Sequence record: NC_015251.1
Length of the DNA stretch: 64,000 nt
Strand: one strand, 5' to 3'
Every line of letters begins with the position of its first letter. The stretch's first letter is position 1. A program made the position numbers and the translations under genes. Positions 9,308-19,272 of this stretch are shown here, one piece after another. The notes beneath the pieces were generated by a model that saw only the letters and a list, made by a program, of their open reading frames with translations, was not told where the DNA came from and did no database searches.

Positions 9308-10873
9308 TTAGTCCCAAGGGATATCATCGTCATTATCTTCTGGGATATCGAAATCGATCTTAATATCCACATTAGTCATAGCACGTTTAAACAATACATT
9401 ACCAAGTGGTTTTGTATCAATAATATCCTCAATCTCTGGATCCAATGCCACAGGGACCGAAGTGGAAGTATCACCCGTGCGAACTACAATTGAATCAGCT
9501 TTGATATCCGAACGTTCTTCAAGATCCTTTCTCTCAAATACAACGGTATAAGGAGTTGTTTCATCAAGATCTGACCAACGCATTTTAGACTTCTCAACCA
9601 CCATACAAAACTTGTTGTATGTATTGATATCACCATAGCGAGATTTTAGTTGTTTAAACAACTGTTGACCCATCCCAATAAGATCTTCATCTTCGGAAAT
9701 TGCTAGAACAAAATCACAACCATGGAGAAGCGCATATGAATCTGCGATATCAGCTTTATCAATCTCAAGACTATCAGACGAACCTCTATTAGTTTGAGCG
9801 CCAGACCAAGCAACTAGTTTTTTCTCAATTGCCAATCCACGAACTTCTTCTGAAATTGCTTTGATGAAAGCGTATGAATTATCTGAAAACTTCATGCGTG
9901 ATGAAGCCATGATACCAAGATAATCCACCATAATGATATCGGGTTTAAACCCCTTTTTCATTTCAAGTTCGTCAATCAAGTTTCTGATGTGGTTTACGTT
10001 AGCACCAGACGTTGGGAACTGTTTTACATATAGTTTACCAAGGGATTTACCAATAACCTTTTTGTTAAACCGGTTCATAAACTCAGTTTTTTGGATCAGT
10101 CCACTGTCAAGATCATCAAGTGTAAGATCCATCAAGTTCGCGTCTATGCGCTTACCTACGGTTTCTTCACTCATTTCAAAAGAGACGTAAAGAACGTTTA
10201 ATCCAAGTTGCATATACTCGGTCGCAAGGTGACATAAACCGATTGATTTACCTACGCCTGTTCCTGCAAGAATTACGTTCAAAGTACCAATTTCAACGCC
10301 ACCCTTGGTGATCCTATTCAACATATGATTCAAGAAAGGGATCTTGTTGGTCTTCTGATTATACGCTTCCCAACGGTCCTCGGCTTGTCCCATATAATCA
10401 TGACCGATATCGAAAGTAAAGCCAACAGACATGGCTTTTTTCATAATATCCTGCATCGCCCCAAGATCTTTAATCTTAGGGTCTTGTTCGTCTAGTGGCT
10501 TAGAGAAATTTTCACGGATCTGGATACACTCTGATAAAGCAATATCGATTGCACGTTCTTTACAGAACCGTTCAGTTTCTTCAATTAGCCAGTTTTTATC
10601 TTCTGGGGCTTGCTCTATACGACTTATAAGAATTTTGGTCTGGTCATATTCAACCTGACTCATATTTTGTTTACGCTCAACCATAACACTCAAAGCAGCC
10701 ACACTAGGGGCTTTGTTATGTTTTTTTGCATGTTCTCGGATCATATCAAAGGCGATTCGATATGGACCTTTAGAAAAATAGGACGATTCTAGGAAAGGAT
10801 ATACCTTTCCAAAATATTCACCGTTGTATATCAGATTATTGATAATAATCTGACTAATATTAATGCTCATCAA
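9308..10873 (-). CDS. 41: replicative DNA helicase (SF4) with acidic C-terminal extension
   Basis: Walker A AGTGVGKS, VSFEMSE, IMVDYLGI, AQTNR, KSRYGD; position between 40 and 61. Confidence 0.96.
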   Translation of the reverse strand: MMSINISQIIINNLIYNGEYFGKVYPFLESSYFSKGPYRIAFDMIREHAKKHNKAPSVAALSVMVERKQNMSQVEYDQTKILISRIEQAPEDKNWLIEETERFCKERAIDIALSECIQIRENFSKPLDEQDPKIKDLGAMQDIMKKAMSVGFTFDIGHDYMGQAEDRWEAYNQKTNKIPFLNHMLNRITKGGVEIGTLNVILAGTGVGKSIGLCHLATEYMQLGLNVLYVSFEMSEETVGKRIDANLMDLTLDDLDSGLIQKTEFMNRFNKKVIGKSLGKLYVKQFPTSGANVNHIRNLIDELEMKKGFKPDIIMVDYLGIMASSRMKFSDNSYAFIKAISEEVRGLAIEKKLVAWSGAQTNRGSSDSLEIDKADIADSYALLHGCDFVLAISEDEDLIGMGQQLFKQLKSRYGDINTYNKFCMVVEKSKMRWSDLDETTPYTVVFERKDLEERSDIKADSIVVRTGDTSTSVPVALDPEIEDIIDTKPLGNVLFKRAMTNVDIKIDFDIPEDNDDDIPWD

Positions 10874-10884
10874 AAACCTCTTAA

Positions 10885-10930
10885 AAAGAAAAACCCACGA
10901 CCGTATGATAACACATCTCGGGTCGTGGGT
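10885..10930 (-). terminator. terminator-like inverted repeat whose 18-nt loop contains an extended -10 promoter element
   Basis: Perfect arms ACCCACGACC (10893-10902) and GGTCGTGGGT (10921-10930); T-tract follows on the minus strand; loop reads CGAGATGTGTTATCATAC. Confidence 0.65.
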
Positions 10931-10939
10931 AAACTTATA

Positions 10940-11464
10940 TTATATCAATTTCGCGGAAACGTGCATGATATTACCGGGACCTCTATAAGGCTGGTCATTT
11001 TCAGTAATAACATTCATCCAAAAATCCGGTTTAAACTTAGGTGTAAGCTTAACTCGTTTGATCCGTTTAACAGGAACACCATTATATCCAATATAAGAAC
11101 CAGCATAATACGCTTGCGTTTCACGCTGGGGATTGAGTAGAATAGTTTTATGGTTCCAGCAACAAATAAACTTCTCTCCGCTCTCTAGATGAATTTCATA
11201 AACTTCACCGGCATCGAATTTAGGATCATCCCACTCGGTATCATTTAATCCAATAACTTTAACAAATTCACCGTCATTAATACCCGGCAAATAAGTTGGT
11301 TCGGTATAGATTAATTGCAATCGTTCATAAATAGTCTGTTGTATTGGATACATCACACCGGTTGTTTCGTGTGGCTGATACCAAGTGAATACCTGATCGA
11401 AGGGCCAACCATTAACGTCTCTACCTTGCTTGTGATCTACACGACTCATTACTTGATCTACCAT
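10940..11464 (-). CDS. hypothetical protein
   Basis: 174 aa ORF between 40 and 41. Confidence 0.75.
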   Translation of the reverse strand: MVDQVMSRVDHKQGRDVNGWPFDQVFTWYQPHETTGVMYPIQQTIYERLQLIYTEPTYLPGINDGEFVKVIGLNDTEWDDPKFDAGEVYEIHLESGEKFICCWNHKTILLNPQRETQAYYAGSYIGYNGVPVKRIKRVKLTPKFKPDFWMNVITENDQPYRGPGNIMHVSAKLI

Positions 11465-11467
11465 TTG

Positions 11468-11749
11468 TTAACCTCGTTTGAATATAGATAAGAACCTATC
11501 CCATAAAGAAGGTTTGAACTCACCAAGTTGCAATTTTACCATAGAACATACCAGAGGGTAAAGGATTTCTTTCTCGTCTTCGTGTGGAGTAGACCAGTCG
11601 AGTATAAGATTCCCGTTATCATACTGTATGTTATGGATAAACACAAGATATTTTTCACCATTATGTTCAATGATTGCTTCTTGAAGAACGTCCTTTAGTG
11701 CGGAATTGATAACATCTTTATATTTGTTTTCGTTGTACTCTTCTTCCAT
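11468..11749 (-). CDS. 40: head vertex assembly chaperone gp40
   Basis: VLQEAII...LVFIHNIQYDNGNLILDWS...LYPLV...MVKLQL resembles gp40; located between uvsX and 41. Confidence 0.8.
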   Translation of the reverse strand: MEEEYNENKYKDVINSALKDVLQEAIIEHNGEKYLVFIHNIQYDNGNLILDWSTPHEDEKEILYPLVCSMVKLQLGEFKPSLWDRFLSIFKRG

Positions 11750-11788
11750 AATTTATCTCGAAGAGTGGGAGTTAAATCCCACTTATAT

Positions 11789-12058
11789 TTAGGGTATGAT
11801 ACTTACCTTGGATGATCTACTAGCGGCAATTACAGGGTAAACATATTCGGAAAAATATTTTTGATCTTGAAATCCATCCTGAACTAGAAGATGACTAAAC
11901 CCCATCCCTTTCAGATCTAGAGGGGTTTTTATTACTTTAAAGTAAGAGAAGTTTTCTAGTTTCAAAGATTTTACATTATTTTTTATAATAGCTTGGTAAT
12001 TTAGAATTTTACCAAGCAGATCTATTTGATATTTTATCTCCCGAAAATATTTTACCAT
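11789..12058 (-). CDS. hypothetical protein
   Basis: 89 aa ORF overlapping the upstream ORF by 50 nt; true start uncertain. Confidence 0.45.
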   Translation of the reverse strand: MVKYFREIKYQIDLLGKILNYQAIIKNNVKSLKLENFSYFKVIKTPLDLKGMGFSHLLVQDGFQDQKYFSEYVYPVIAASRSSKVSIIP

Positions 12059-12218
12059 GATTCTGTTCCATTATGAGAGTCGTCTTACCCCTCATAGAAT
12101 TGAAATATCCTTCATATACAGCCAGAGAAGTTGGTGTATCTTCAAAACCCATATGAGTTAGATAATAACCATAATCTTTACTAAAGTCAATAAATAATTT
12201 TATTTGTTCATCGGTCAT
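12009..12218 (-). CDS. hypothetical protein
   Basis: 69 aa; ATGA overlap with the upstream gene. Confidence 0.65.
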   Translation of the reverse strand: MTDEQIKLFIDFSKDYGYYLTHMGFEDTPTSLAVYEGYFNSMRGKTTLIMEQNHGKIFSGDKISNRSAW

Positions 12219-12571
12219 ATACTTACCATTATTTGGTTAGATTCGGTACTTCTAATATTAAATCCATTTTCTCTCAGACGTTTAATCAATGCATTAAAAA
12301 CTGCAAGATCGTTTGCGATTTGTGCCGATTCCGTAATATACGGATGACATATAGATATAATTGAATGTCTAACATCATATATGTTACTGAAATTTGGATT
12401 ATCTACTCCAATTTCAATTTGACCACCACAAACAATCATTTCATTAATTAAAATTGGATATATAAAATCTACTTCGTTTTTATAATCATATTCTTTATGA
12501 CGTTTCACCATAGAAATTAGGTCTTTCGCTTTGGTATCAACGCTAACCATGAAATCTTTCAAGTCCTTCAT
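12215..12571 (-). CDS. hypothetical protein
   Basis: 118 aa with AAGGA SD. Confidence 0.7.
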   Translation of the reverse strand: MKDLKDFMVSVDTKAKDLISMVKRHKEYDYKNEVDFIYPILINEMIVCGGQIEIGVDNPNFSNIYDVRHSIISICHPYITESAQIANDLAVFNALIKRLRENGFNIRSTESNQIMVSI

Positions 12572-12585
12572 ATAATTTCCTTTGT

Positions 12586-12612
12586 GTAAAAGGGGGCTAT
12601 AAAAGCCCCTTC
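12586..12612 (-). terminator. intrinsic terminator after uvsX
   Basis: Minus strand AGGGGCTTTTATAGCCCCCTTTT. Confidence 0.75.
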
Positions 12613-12619
12613 ATAATAA

Positions 12620-13726
12620 TTAACCGAAAAGTTGATCGACTTCATCAAACACTTCCTGAGAAACTTCCACAGCTTTCAGTTTATATGCGTTAGAAACTGC
12701 ATCCATGAATGGTTTGTGAGAAAACATAGGTTTCCAGAATTCAAGACTGTCTGACTCTTCTTCGGTCCATTTCTTCTCATCTTCCGGAATAACCATCTCA
12801 CCGGGTTCAAGATCCAAGAAATTGCGCTGGTAACGTGCATTTTGAGGCTTAGTTACAAACCCAAGCTCTTGAGCAATTTTCAAAAGACCGGAATATGTGT
12901 TTATACCACCTTCAAAAGATACCATCAAATCCAGTTTGGATTTTTCTTTGATTGCCCGACTTTTCTCAGCATTCATCACGAAATTATAACCGAGAAGTTC
13001 TTTACCATCTTTGTCTTGCTGTTTACCAAGAATAATTACGGTATCAGCGGAATACATTGGACCAGTACCACCAGACATTACGGTTTTACTGAACATCTCT
13101 TGTGTTTCGTATGTGTGGTTAACTGCGATACATGGAATATCAAGTACGGTCAGATATGGAGTAACCATCCGGAACAGGCTCTTAATCTGCTTCGCTCGGG
13201 TCATATCCTGAGCAGACTTTTCATCCTTCGCATCTTGCAATTCTTTCTTAGATGCAACGTTACCAATAGAATCGATATAGATAATAACTTTATCGCCTCG
13301 GGTAATTGATTCGAGTTTTTTAACAATATCAAACTTCAACTCTTCCACATCAATGAATGGACAATGAACTACACGAGAAATATCAACACCCTGTGATGTG
13401 AAATAATCCGGAGTAGAACCAAATTCATTATCAAAGAATAGACATACAGCCTTTGGATATTTTCTCAAATATGCAGATACCATGACCAGACTGAGGTTAG
13501 ATTTAAAGTGTTTTGAAGGACCAGCAATACAGGTAAGACCCGGAGTGATGCCACCATCTAAGCGACCACTCATCATCAAGTTAATAATCGGTACTCGGGT
13601 TCGGATAGTGTCCTTTTCATTAAAGAAAATACTTTCAGCCAACATAGCACTCATTTTATTAGATGAAGTACCATTCAAACGTTCTAGCAGATCCCCACTA
13701 TTAACAACTTTAGCTTTTTTAGCCAT
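12620..13726 (-). CDS. uvsX: RecA-like recombinase UvsX
   Basis: IAGPSKHFKS Walker A, IDSIGN, DMTRAK, SGGTG. Confidence 0.97.
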   Translation of the reverse strand: MAKKAKVVNSGDLLERLNGTSSNKMSAMLAESIFFNEKDTIRTRVPIINLMMSGRLDGGITPGLTCIAGPSKHFKSNLSLVMVSAYLRKYPKAVCLFFDNEFGSTPDYFTSQGVDISRVVHCPFIDVEELKFDIVKKLESITRGDKVIIYIDSIGNVASKKELQDAKDEKSAQDMTRAKQIKSLFRMVTPYLTVLDIPCIAVNHTYETQEMFSKTVMSGGTGPMYSADTVIILGKQQDKDGKELLGYNFVMNAEKSRAIKEKSKLDLMVSFEGGINTYSGLLKIAQELGFVTKPQNARYQRNFLDLEPGEMVIPEDEKKWTEEESDSLEFWKPMFSHKPFMDAVSNAYKLKAVEVSQEVFDEVDQLFG

Positions 13727-13746
13727 TTTATATTTTTCCTGTTTAA

Positions 13747-14163
13747 TTATTTGAATTCAGATTCAAGAGTTTTATGTAATTTTATTAGATACTTATTATT
13801 TTTAAGTGTTTCGGTTGTAGGTTGTTCTAAATTGAGACGGATGTGGGTAGAATCACAAGTTACAAATATAGGAAAACTACGAACTTTAGTTTCAAATAAA
13901 ATCTTAACTACATCCCTAAGATTATTAGTAGTAATACTAAATGAATCTATTAAATTTTTATCATAATATTTTTCTATCACTTCCCGAAGTGAAATAAGAT
14001 ATTCTTCGGAATAACAATTGGTATCTTTATATTCTCTATTAAACAAATCATTTTTTATTACCAAACAAATCTCATCATTTATATGAGCCTTTATTCTTTT
14101 ATATTGTTTATCTTGAGAAACCAAAATTTCCAGTCGGTCTTTATTACTTTCTTGGTCTAGCAT
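13747..14163 (-). CDS. hypothetical protein
   Basis: Start re-assigned to MLDQESN (GAGGA SD); the track's start at 14190 overlaps a TATAAT hexamer. Confidence 0.7.
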   Translation of the reverse strand: MLDQESNKDRLEILVSQDKQYKRIKAHINDEICLVIKNDLFNREYKDTNCYSEEYLISLREVIEKYYDKNLIDSFSITTNNLRDVVKILFETKVRSFPIFVTCDSTHIRLNLEQPTTETLKNNKYLIKLHKTLESEFK

Positions 14164-14222
14164 CACGTTTCCTCTTTTAGTATGGGTCATTATACCACGA
14201 AATATAATGACCCATGAACATC

Positions 14223-15395
14223 TTAGAAGTCGAACAAATCTTCAAGAGAAACGGTTTTCTCTTGTTTCCAGCCAATAGCAGTACATATAGTATCTAGAGG
14301 CTTCTGGAAGCTCTTACAATACATCCCCACGTAATCAATGTCCTTCTTCAAGTCCAATCCAAACTCTTCGGGAATCTTATCCCCAGAGGGCCACGCAAGG
14401 GTTTCTGCATGATACACGTTAGGAACTTTCAACATCAGGAATTGAATCTTCTCACCTTGGCGGATCGGATCAACATGTTTACCCTGTGCGCTTAGAGCCG
14501 CAGCAATACGGTTATGGTTTATTGCCGCTTTTACATGCCCCGGACAACCGCTAACCGGTACAAAGTTTTCATGGCTACGGTCGATACTCTTAACACTACT
14601 AACTTGAGCAATCTTCCTATAATCCTGTTTTGAATATCCATCACGAACCGTCTCAACATATTCCTGAAGTTCCGATTCTTTACCAGTCAAAATAATCTCA
14701 ATACATTTCTCAAGACTAACTGACGCATGTGGCGGCGTACTACTCCTACGAGTTTCGATACCCATTATTTTGAGCTTAGGAACTACGTTACCATCTTTAT
14801 CTAGTTTACGTTTACCCTCGTTATCCCAAACCGATAGAGCATAACGTTTTTTCTTAGTCCAGAACCCACGGGTTGCTATTACTTCGCGGTCCATAAACAA
14901 TTTATGGTCGTAATAGTTCATGTAGTTCTTTAGATCTTGATACGACTTGTCGATATAAGGCTCTACGCGCTCTTTAGCGAACTTATCCAACATATCCACC
15001 CATTTGATAGGGGGGATATCATCAACTGCGATACCCTTCTTTTCAGCCATCATCTGAACGAATTTATCGACACAAAGATATTGAGAGTCGGTATCGCAAT
15101 AAATTACATACGGGTGTCCGTTCGTACCACAAAGCTTATCAAAATATGAATTGGTTTCCCGTGCAATCCATTTAATTGCAAGTTGACCACCCATGGTAAT
15201 TGATTCTGCCATTCGAAGGTCATAATAACGCCCGACCGGATGACCCAAAGAACCATAAAGAGAGTTGATCAATACCTTCTTTGCTTGTTGGTTTACGTTA
15301 GATACCTTTTCATACTTCCGACAATTAACAATTAACTGTTCTAATTCGGAGTCTGTCATAGACTCCAATTGTTCATCTGTATAATCCAAATTCAT
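14223..15395 (-). CDS. 43B: family B DNA polymerase, C-terminal subunit gp43B
   Basis: KVLINSLYG (motif B), YCDTDS (motif C), KKRYAL, C-terminal clamp-binding SLEDLFDF; AAGGA SD. Confidence 0.95.
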   Translation of the reverse strand: MNLDYTDEQLESMTDSELEQLIVNCRKYEKVSNVNQQAKKVLINSLYGSLGHPVGRYYDLRMAESITMGGQLAIKWIARETNSYFDKLCGTNGHPYVIYCDTDSQYLCVDKFVQMMAEKKGIAVDDIPPIKWVDMLDKFAKERVEPYIDKSYQDLKNYMNYYDHKLFMDREVIATRGFWTKKKRYALSVWDNEGKRKLDKDGNVVPKLKIMGIETRRSSTPPHASVSLEKCIEIILTGKESELQEYVETVRDGYSKQDYRKIAQVSSVKSIDRSHENFVPVSGCPGHVKAAINHNRIAAALSAQGKHVDPIRQGEKIQFLMLKVPNVYHAETLAWPSGDKIPEEFGLDLKKDIDYVGMYCKSFQKPLDTICTAIGWKQEKTVSLEDLFDF

Positions 15396-15397
15396 TT

Positions 15398-16921
15398 TTA
15401 TTCCTTATGATGACGCATAGCTAGGATCTTCGCGGCTCGGGTCGCTAGGGCATCCGCTCTAAATTCATCGGTCTTTGCAGCCTTACGCTGTTTAAATACC
15501 TTTTCAACCTCGATAGGAAGGAATCCCCGCATATCGGTCCGATACCGAACACCATTTGCTGCAAATGAATATTTACCTTCATGGGGTACATTATAAGTAC
15601 CATTTACCAAACCAACACCATCGATATCTGGAACCATACGGTCTTTAACCAAGATCCTCGGAATATCTATCTGGTCAACTAAAGTTTCTGGGGAGATATT
15701 TGTTCCCATGATTATATGTGGATACAATGAGGTCAAGTCGAACGAAAGGAGCCATTGATACATCCCCGGAATTGGGTCTTTAACATATGCACCCGCAAAC
15801 TTAGCCCGTTGCGCGTGTTTGTTCTCAGGAATGATAATACCTTGCGCTAAGAGACTGTTATATATGATTGCGTCCCAAGTCTTCAAAGGACTGAAAACGT
15901 CAGCAGCATTTACACCAGCATAATAAGATACAGATGCAATTAGATAAATCAAACTTAGTCGAATCTCAAGGTTTTTGATAATCTCAACGTCTCGAATAGA
16001 GTAATCGATATAAGTCTGAGGATCTTTTGTAGCAAAGTCCAAATATGTCCTATATGTCATTTCAACTTTATTAATGCCTAGTTCGGCTTCAGCGATTGTA
16101 TCTAGCTTATAGTTTGGTCGAGTTGTAAATGTAAATTTCTTATATGCTGCCATGAAGTCAATACAGTTAACGCCAGTGATATCATAGGTAATAACTTCAT
16201 CATCGTTATCATCTTTTGTAATGATTTCATTGACAGTACCGAACGGACTCAGTTTACTGAGGAATTTATCTCCCAATATTTTTTTAATACGTCTGGCAAT
16301 ATACGGAATATCAAACCCTTCTGAGTTCCAACCACTAACATAATGTGGAGTATTTTCTGTGAAGAATTGCAAAAACCGAATAAGGATTTCTTTTTCAGAT
16401 CCGTTTTTATGATATTCAACATGATCCAAAACTTCTTTATCTAGAATCGATTTATTCGGATCCCATTCACGGGTTGTCCAGATAAAGTATTTATTCATCT
16501 TGGTACTATAAATTTGGATAGTATCAATTTCATATGCACAATTTGTGGTGTCTGGGAAAGGTCCATCAGTTGGGACCTCAATATCAAAAAACATAATATC
16601 GAGCATAGAATAATCATATTGAGCATTAGCCCCATACGTATCAGATATATATTGGAAAGTATAGTTATCCATACCCAACACTTCTTTATCCATAGACTGC
16701 ATTTCTTTAAACCATTTTCTGGCTTCACCAATGGAATCAAGCGTCTTAGGTAAGCATTTTCGATCATATATATCTTTGAACTTGGTTTCAATATGATTTC
16801 CAACATGACGATATAGAGTCGGAGAGTATCGAACCTTTCTAATTTTATCGCTACCGTTTTCATCAAAATATCTATCGTAGATGGTGTTTCCATCCATCCA
16901 TACGTTAGTATAAAAACTCAT
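15398..16921 (-). CDS. 43A: family B DNA polymerase, N-terminal subunit gp43A (exonuclease plus motif A)
   Basis: FDIEV, GWNSEGFDIPY, YSIRDV, SFDLTSLYPHII; true start MSFYTNVW at 16921 (GGAG SD). Confidence 0.95.
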   Translation of the reverse strand: MSFYTNVWMDGNTIYDRYFDENGSDKIRKVRYSPTLYRHVGNHIETKFKDIYDRKCLPKTLDSIGEARKWFKEMQSMDKEVLGMDNYTFQYISDTYGANAQYDYSMLDIMFFDIEVPTDGPFPDTTNCAYEIDTIQIYSTKMNKYFIWTTREWDPNKSILDKEVLDHVEYHKNGSEKEILIRFLQFFTENTPHYVSGWNSEGFDIPYIARRIKKILGDKFLSKLSPFGTVNEIITKDDNDDEVITYDITGVNCIDFMAAYKKFTFTTRPNYKLDTIAEAELGINKVEMTYRTYLDFATKDPQTYIDYSIRDVEIIKNLEIRLSLIYLIASVSYYAGVNAADVFSPLKTWDAIIYNSLLAQGIIIPENKHAQRAKFAGAYVKDPIPGMYQWLLSFDLTSLYPHIIMGTNISPETLVDQIDIPRILVKDRMVPDIDGVGLVNGTYNVPHEGKYSFAANGVRYRTDMRGFLPIEVEKVFKQRKAAKTDEFRADALATRAAKILAMRHHKE

Positions 16922-16940
16922 TATATTCTCCATACAAAGA

Positions 16941-16960
16941 TGGGGGAGATTATCCCCCAT
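16941..16960 (-). promoter_or_regulatory. hairpin directly 5' of the gene 43A RBS (candidate autogenous translational operator)
   Basis: Minus strand ATGGGGGATAATCTCCCCCA, ~10 nt before GGAG; T4 gp43 represses its own mRNA through an analogous hairpin. Confidence 0.5.
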
Positions 16961-16989
16961 GTGTTATATCATTCTAACAAACAAATGGA

Positions 16990-17361
16990 TTAGCTATGAA
17001 CATTTTTCTTGAAAATGTATTTGCTCTTATGGATCCATTCAGATTTCTCTTTGTGAGAGATAACGTGGAACTCAAATCGGTTAGGTCGTTCCATAGTATC
17101 GATAACAGAACATAGATCCCAATCCTCAAGCAGATACGCGATATCATAACAGCGATCTACATCCTCTTGAGACATAACAACGTCTCTACCGTCTCGCCTC
17201 AAAAGCTCCTTAAAGTGAGCCACATAATAAAATCCATTTTTCTGGATGATATGACAGCTTTGCCAAATATGTTTAGTTTCGCGATTAGCAATACCAATGC
17301 GGGTTAAAGTTTCCCGAACCTTTAAAAAATCTTGTGGGTTATACAAACCAATTCGAATCAT
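16990..17361 (-). CDS. regA: translational repressor RegA
   Basis: FLKVRETLTRIGIAN...QSCHIIQK...HFKELL; start set at MIRIG. Confidence 0.95.
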   Translation of the reverse strand: MIRIGLYNPQDFLKVRETLTRIGIANRETKHIWQSCHIIQKNGFYYVAHFKELLRRDGRDVVMSQEDVDRCYDIAYLLEDWDLCSVIDTMERPNRFEFHVISHKEKSEWIHKSKYIFKKNVHS

Positions 17362-17368
17362 TTTATAT

Positions 17369-17956
17369 TTACCATTTTGTGGCGGTTTTATACAACCGCG
17401 CTTTTTCTGTTTTGCTAATATGCTTAGGAAGAACACTCATAAAAGGACAATCCGGTGACGTTATCAAGCCTCGCATATCTCTTAAAATACGCTTCATCTG
17501 TTCTTCCGTGTGTAAATCATGATATTCAACTGCCTTTTCATAACTAACATTATAATGATGTGCCAGTATATGAGTTATAAAAACAAAGTCCCAATCGTCA
17601 GAGGCTCGGGCATATGCAACATAAGGGAGTTTGCATTTCCGGACAGTGTAATAAAGATAATCATAATGCATCTGATCTGTAATATATCCAGCCCATTGGT
17701 TTAATTCGGACGCATATCCATTCATAGATGCATGTTGAGACAACCAGCTATTAATTGTGTATTGGTCGTAACTCTCAAATACCATTACATTTTTATGACC
17801 GGTTTTCTGAGTTACGTTATTGATTATCTCAAATGTACTTTTATCTTTATCTTTCTTGAATTCTTTACACAATTCCTTGACTTTATTCCAGTCTTTATTA
17901 TCCCATGCTAGTCGATGTTCATTAGGAACTTCTAATCCAAGAAAGTCTAGACTCAT
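17369..17956 (-). CDS. 62: clamp loader small subunit
   Basis: INSWLSQH, QMHYDYLYYTVRK; between 44 and regA. Confidence 0.9.
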   Translation of the reverse strand: MSLDFLGLEVPNEHRLAWDNKDWNKVKELCKEFKKDKDKSTFEIINNVTQKTGHKNVMVFESYDQYTINSWLSQHASMNGYASELNQWAGYITDQMHYDYLYYTVRKCKLPYVAYARASDDWDFVFITHILAHHYNVSYEKAVEYHDLHTEEQMKRILRDMRGLITSPDCPFMSVLPKHISKTEKARLYKTATKW

Positions 17957-18933
17957 TTCCAGTTAACCTCACAAGCAAGATCCGACAACATATCCATCAG
18001 GTGAATTTCAATATTCGGAACATCACCAACGGTCTTTTGGTTTTCGGCAAGAATCTTAATCAGCATACGATAAGATTGACCTTTAACTTGGGTAGTTGCA
18101 CGTTCATAAAACGCATTAATAAATGCGGGATAGTTGGTTGAGAAGTTAGGAATAAGACTGCGAATCTCGGGAAGATCTTTATTCTTCATCAACTCAAACA
18201 GTTTTTCCATATCCTTGGTGGATCGCATTGTTGAGGTCAATACACCTTCATCAATATATCCACAGGAACTATATTTATCCATTTCTGTAATTGCAGAACG
18301 GAAGTTAGGGAAGTTTTTAGATACCAGTGCCATCATCGCACGTTTATCCTTCACCTCAATTCCTTCAGCTTCGCATATCGCCATACACCGAACAAACATT
18401 TCCTTCTTCATACGGGTTTCATCGGCTTTGACCAGCTCGGGGGTTTCCTCCACTATGCGACCAAACTCAAACACTCGGAAACGTGATTTAAGAGCCTCTG
18501 GAATCACCTCTGCGTTGTTACATGTCATGATGATAGAGCAGTTATCACTATATGCCTCCATCCATGAGCGCAATTCCTCATGAACAGACCTCATATTGGT
18601 GTTATCGCCTTCATCAATGATGATAACCTTACCACCTTTCTTACGGGTTGAAGTATTTGCAAATTCGGTTAGTTGGGTCCGTAGATCGTTAATACGAAGT
18701 TGACCACCAGTAATAAACATCATTTCAGCGTCAATATCGTTAACCAATGCCATCGCTACAGTGGTTTTACCAGTACCCGGAGATTTGGAACACAAAAGAA
18801 GATGTGGGAACTTACCTTTCTTAACCAACCCATTAAACCGGTCCATATCATGGCGGGGAAGAATACATTCAGAGATTGATTGTGGGCGGTATTTTTGTTC
18901 TAGCATGTGTTGGGTATTATCAACAGACAACAT
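17953..18933 (-). CDS. 44: clamp loader AAA+ subunit
   Basis: EQKYRP, SPGTGKTT, IIIDEGD, ALKSRF, FPNFR. Confidence 0.96.
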   Translation of the reverse strand: MLSVDNTQHMLEQKYRPQSISECILPRHDMDRFNGLVKKGKFPHLLLCSKSPGTGKTTVAMALVNDIDAEMMFITGGQLRINDLRTQLTEFANTSTRKKGGKVIIIDEGDNTNMRSVHEELRSWMEAYSDNCSIIMTCNNAEVIPEALKSRFRVFEFGRIVEETPELVKADETRMKKEMFVRCMAICEAEGIEVKDKRAMMALVSKNFPNFRSAITEMDKYSSCGYIDEGVLTSTMRSTKDMEKLFELMKNKDLPEIRSLIPNFSTNYPAFINAFYERATTQVKGQSYRMLIKILAENQKTVGDVPNIEIHLMDMLSDLACEVNWK

Positions 18934-18959
18934 ATTTTATATTCCTCAATTGTTTTATA

Positions 18960-19271
18960 TTAATTTTTACGACTTTCAATATATTCATCGTAATTTTCTA
19001 TATGTTCAAACGACAATGAGCAGTTATCATATTCTTCATTGAAGTCTACATAACCGGACCATTTACCATTAACATATAAGCAATATTCTACTACAGGAGC
19101 GCACCAAGTAATATCTATGTATTTCTCAGGAACTCCCGACCGGTCAGATATTATTTTTCTAATTCGATTTATATTGGCGATTGGTTCAGGACCGGATTCG
19201 TCCCAAAAATAATCATCACAATCGCCACTCTCGAAATAGAAATTATCTATTTGCTCAAGAGATAATTTCAT
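18960..19271 (-). CDS. acidic hypothetical protein inserted between 45 and 44
   Basis: 103 aa ORF. Confidence 0.7.
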   Translation of the reverse strand: MKLSLEQIDNFYFESGDCDDYFWDESGPEPIANINRIRKIISDRSGVPEKYIDITWCAPVVEYCLYVNGKWSGYVDFNEEYDNCSLSFEHIENYDEYIESRKN

Positions 19272-19272
19272 A

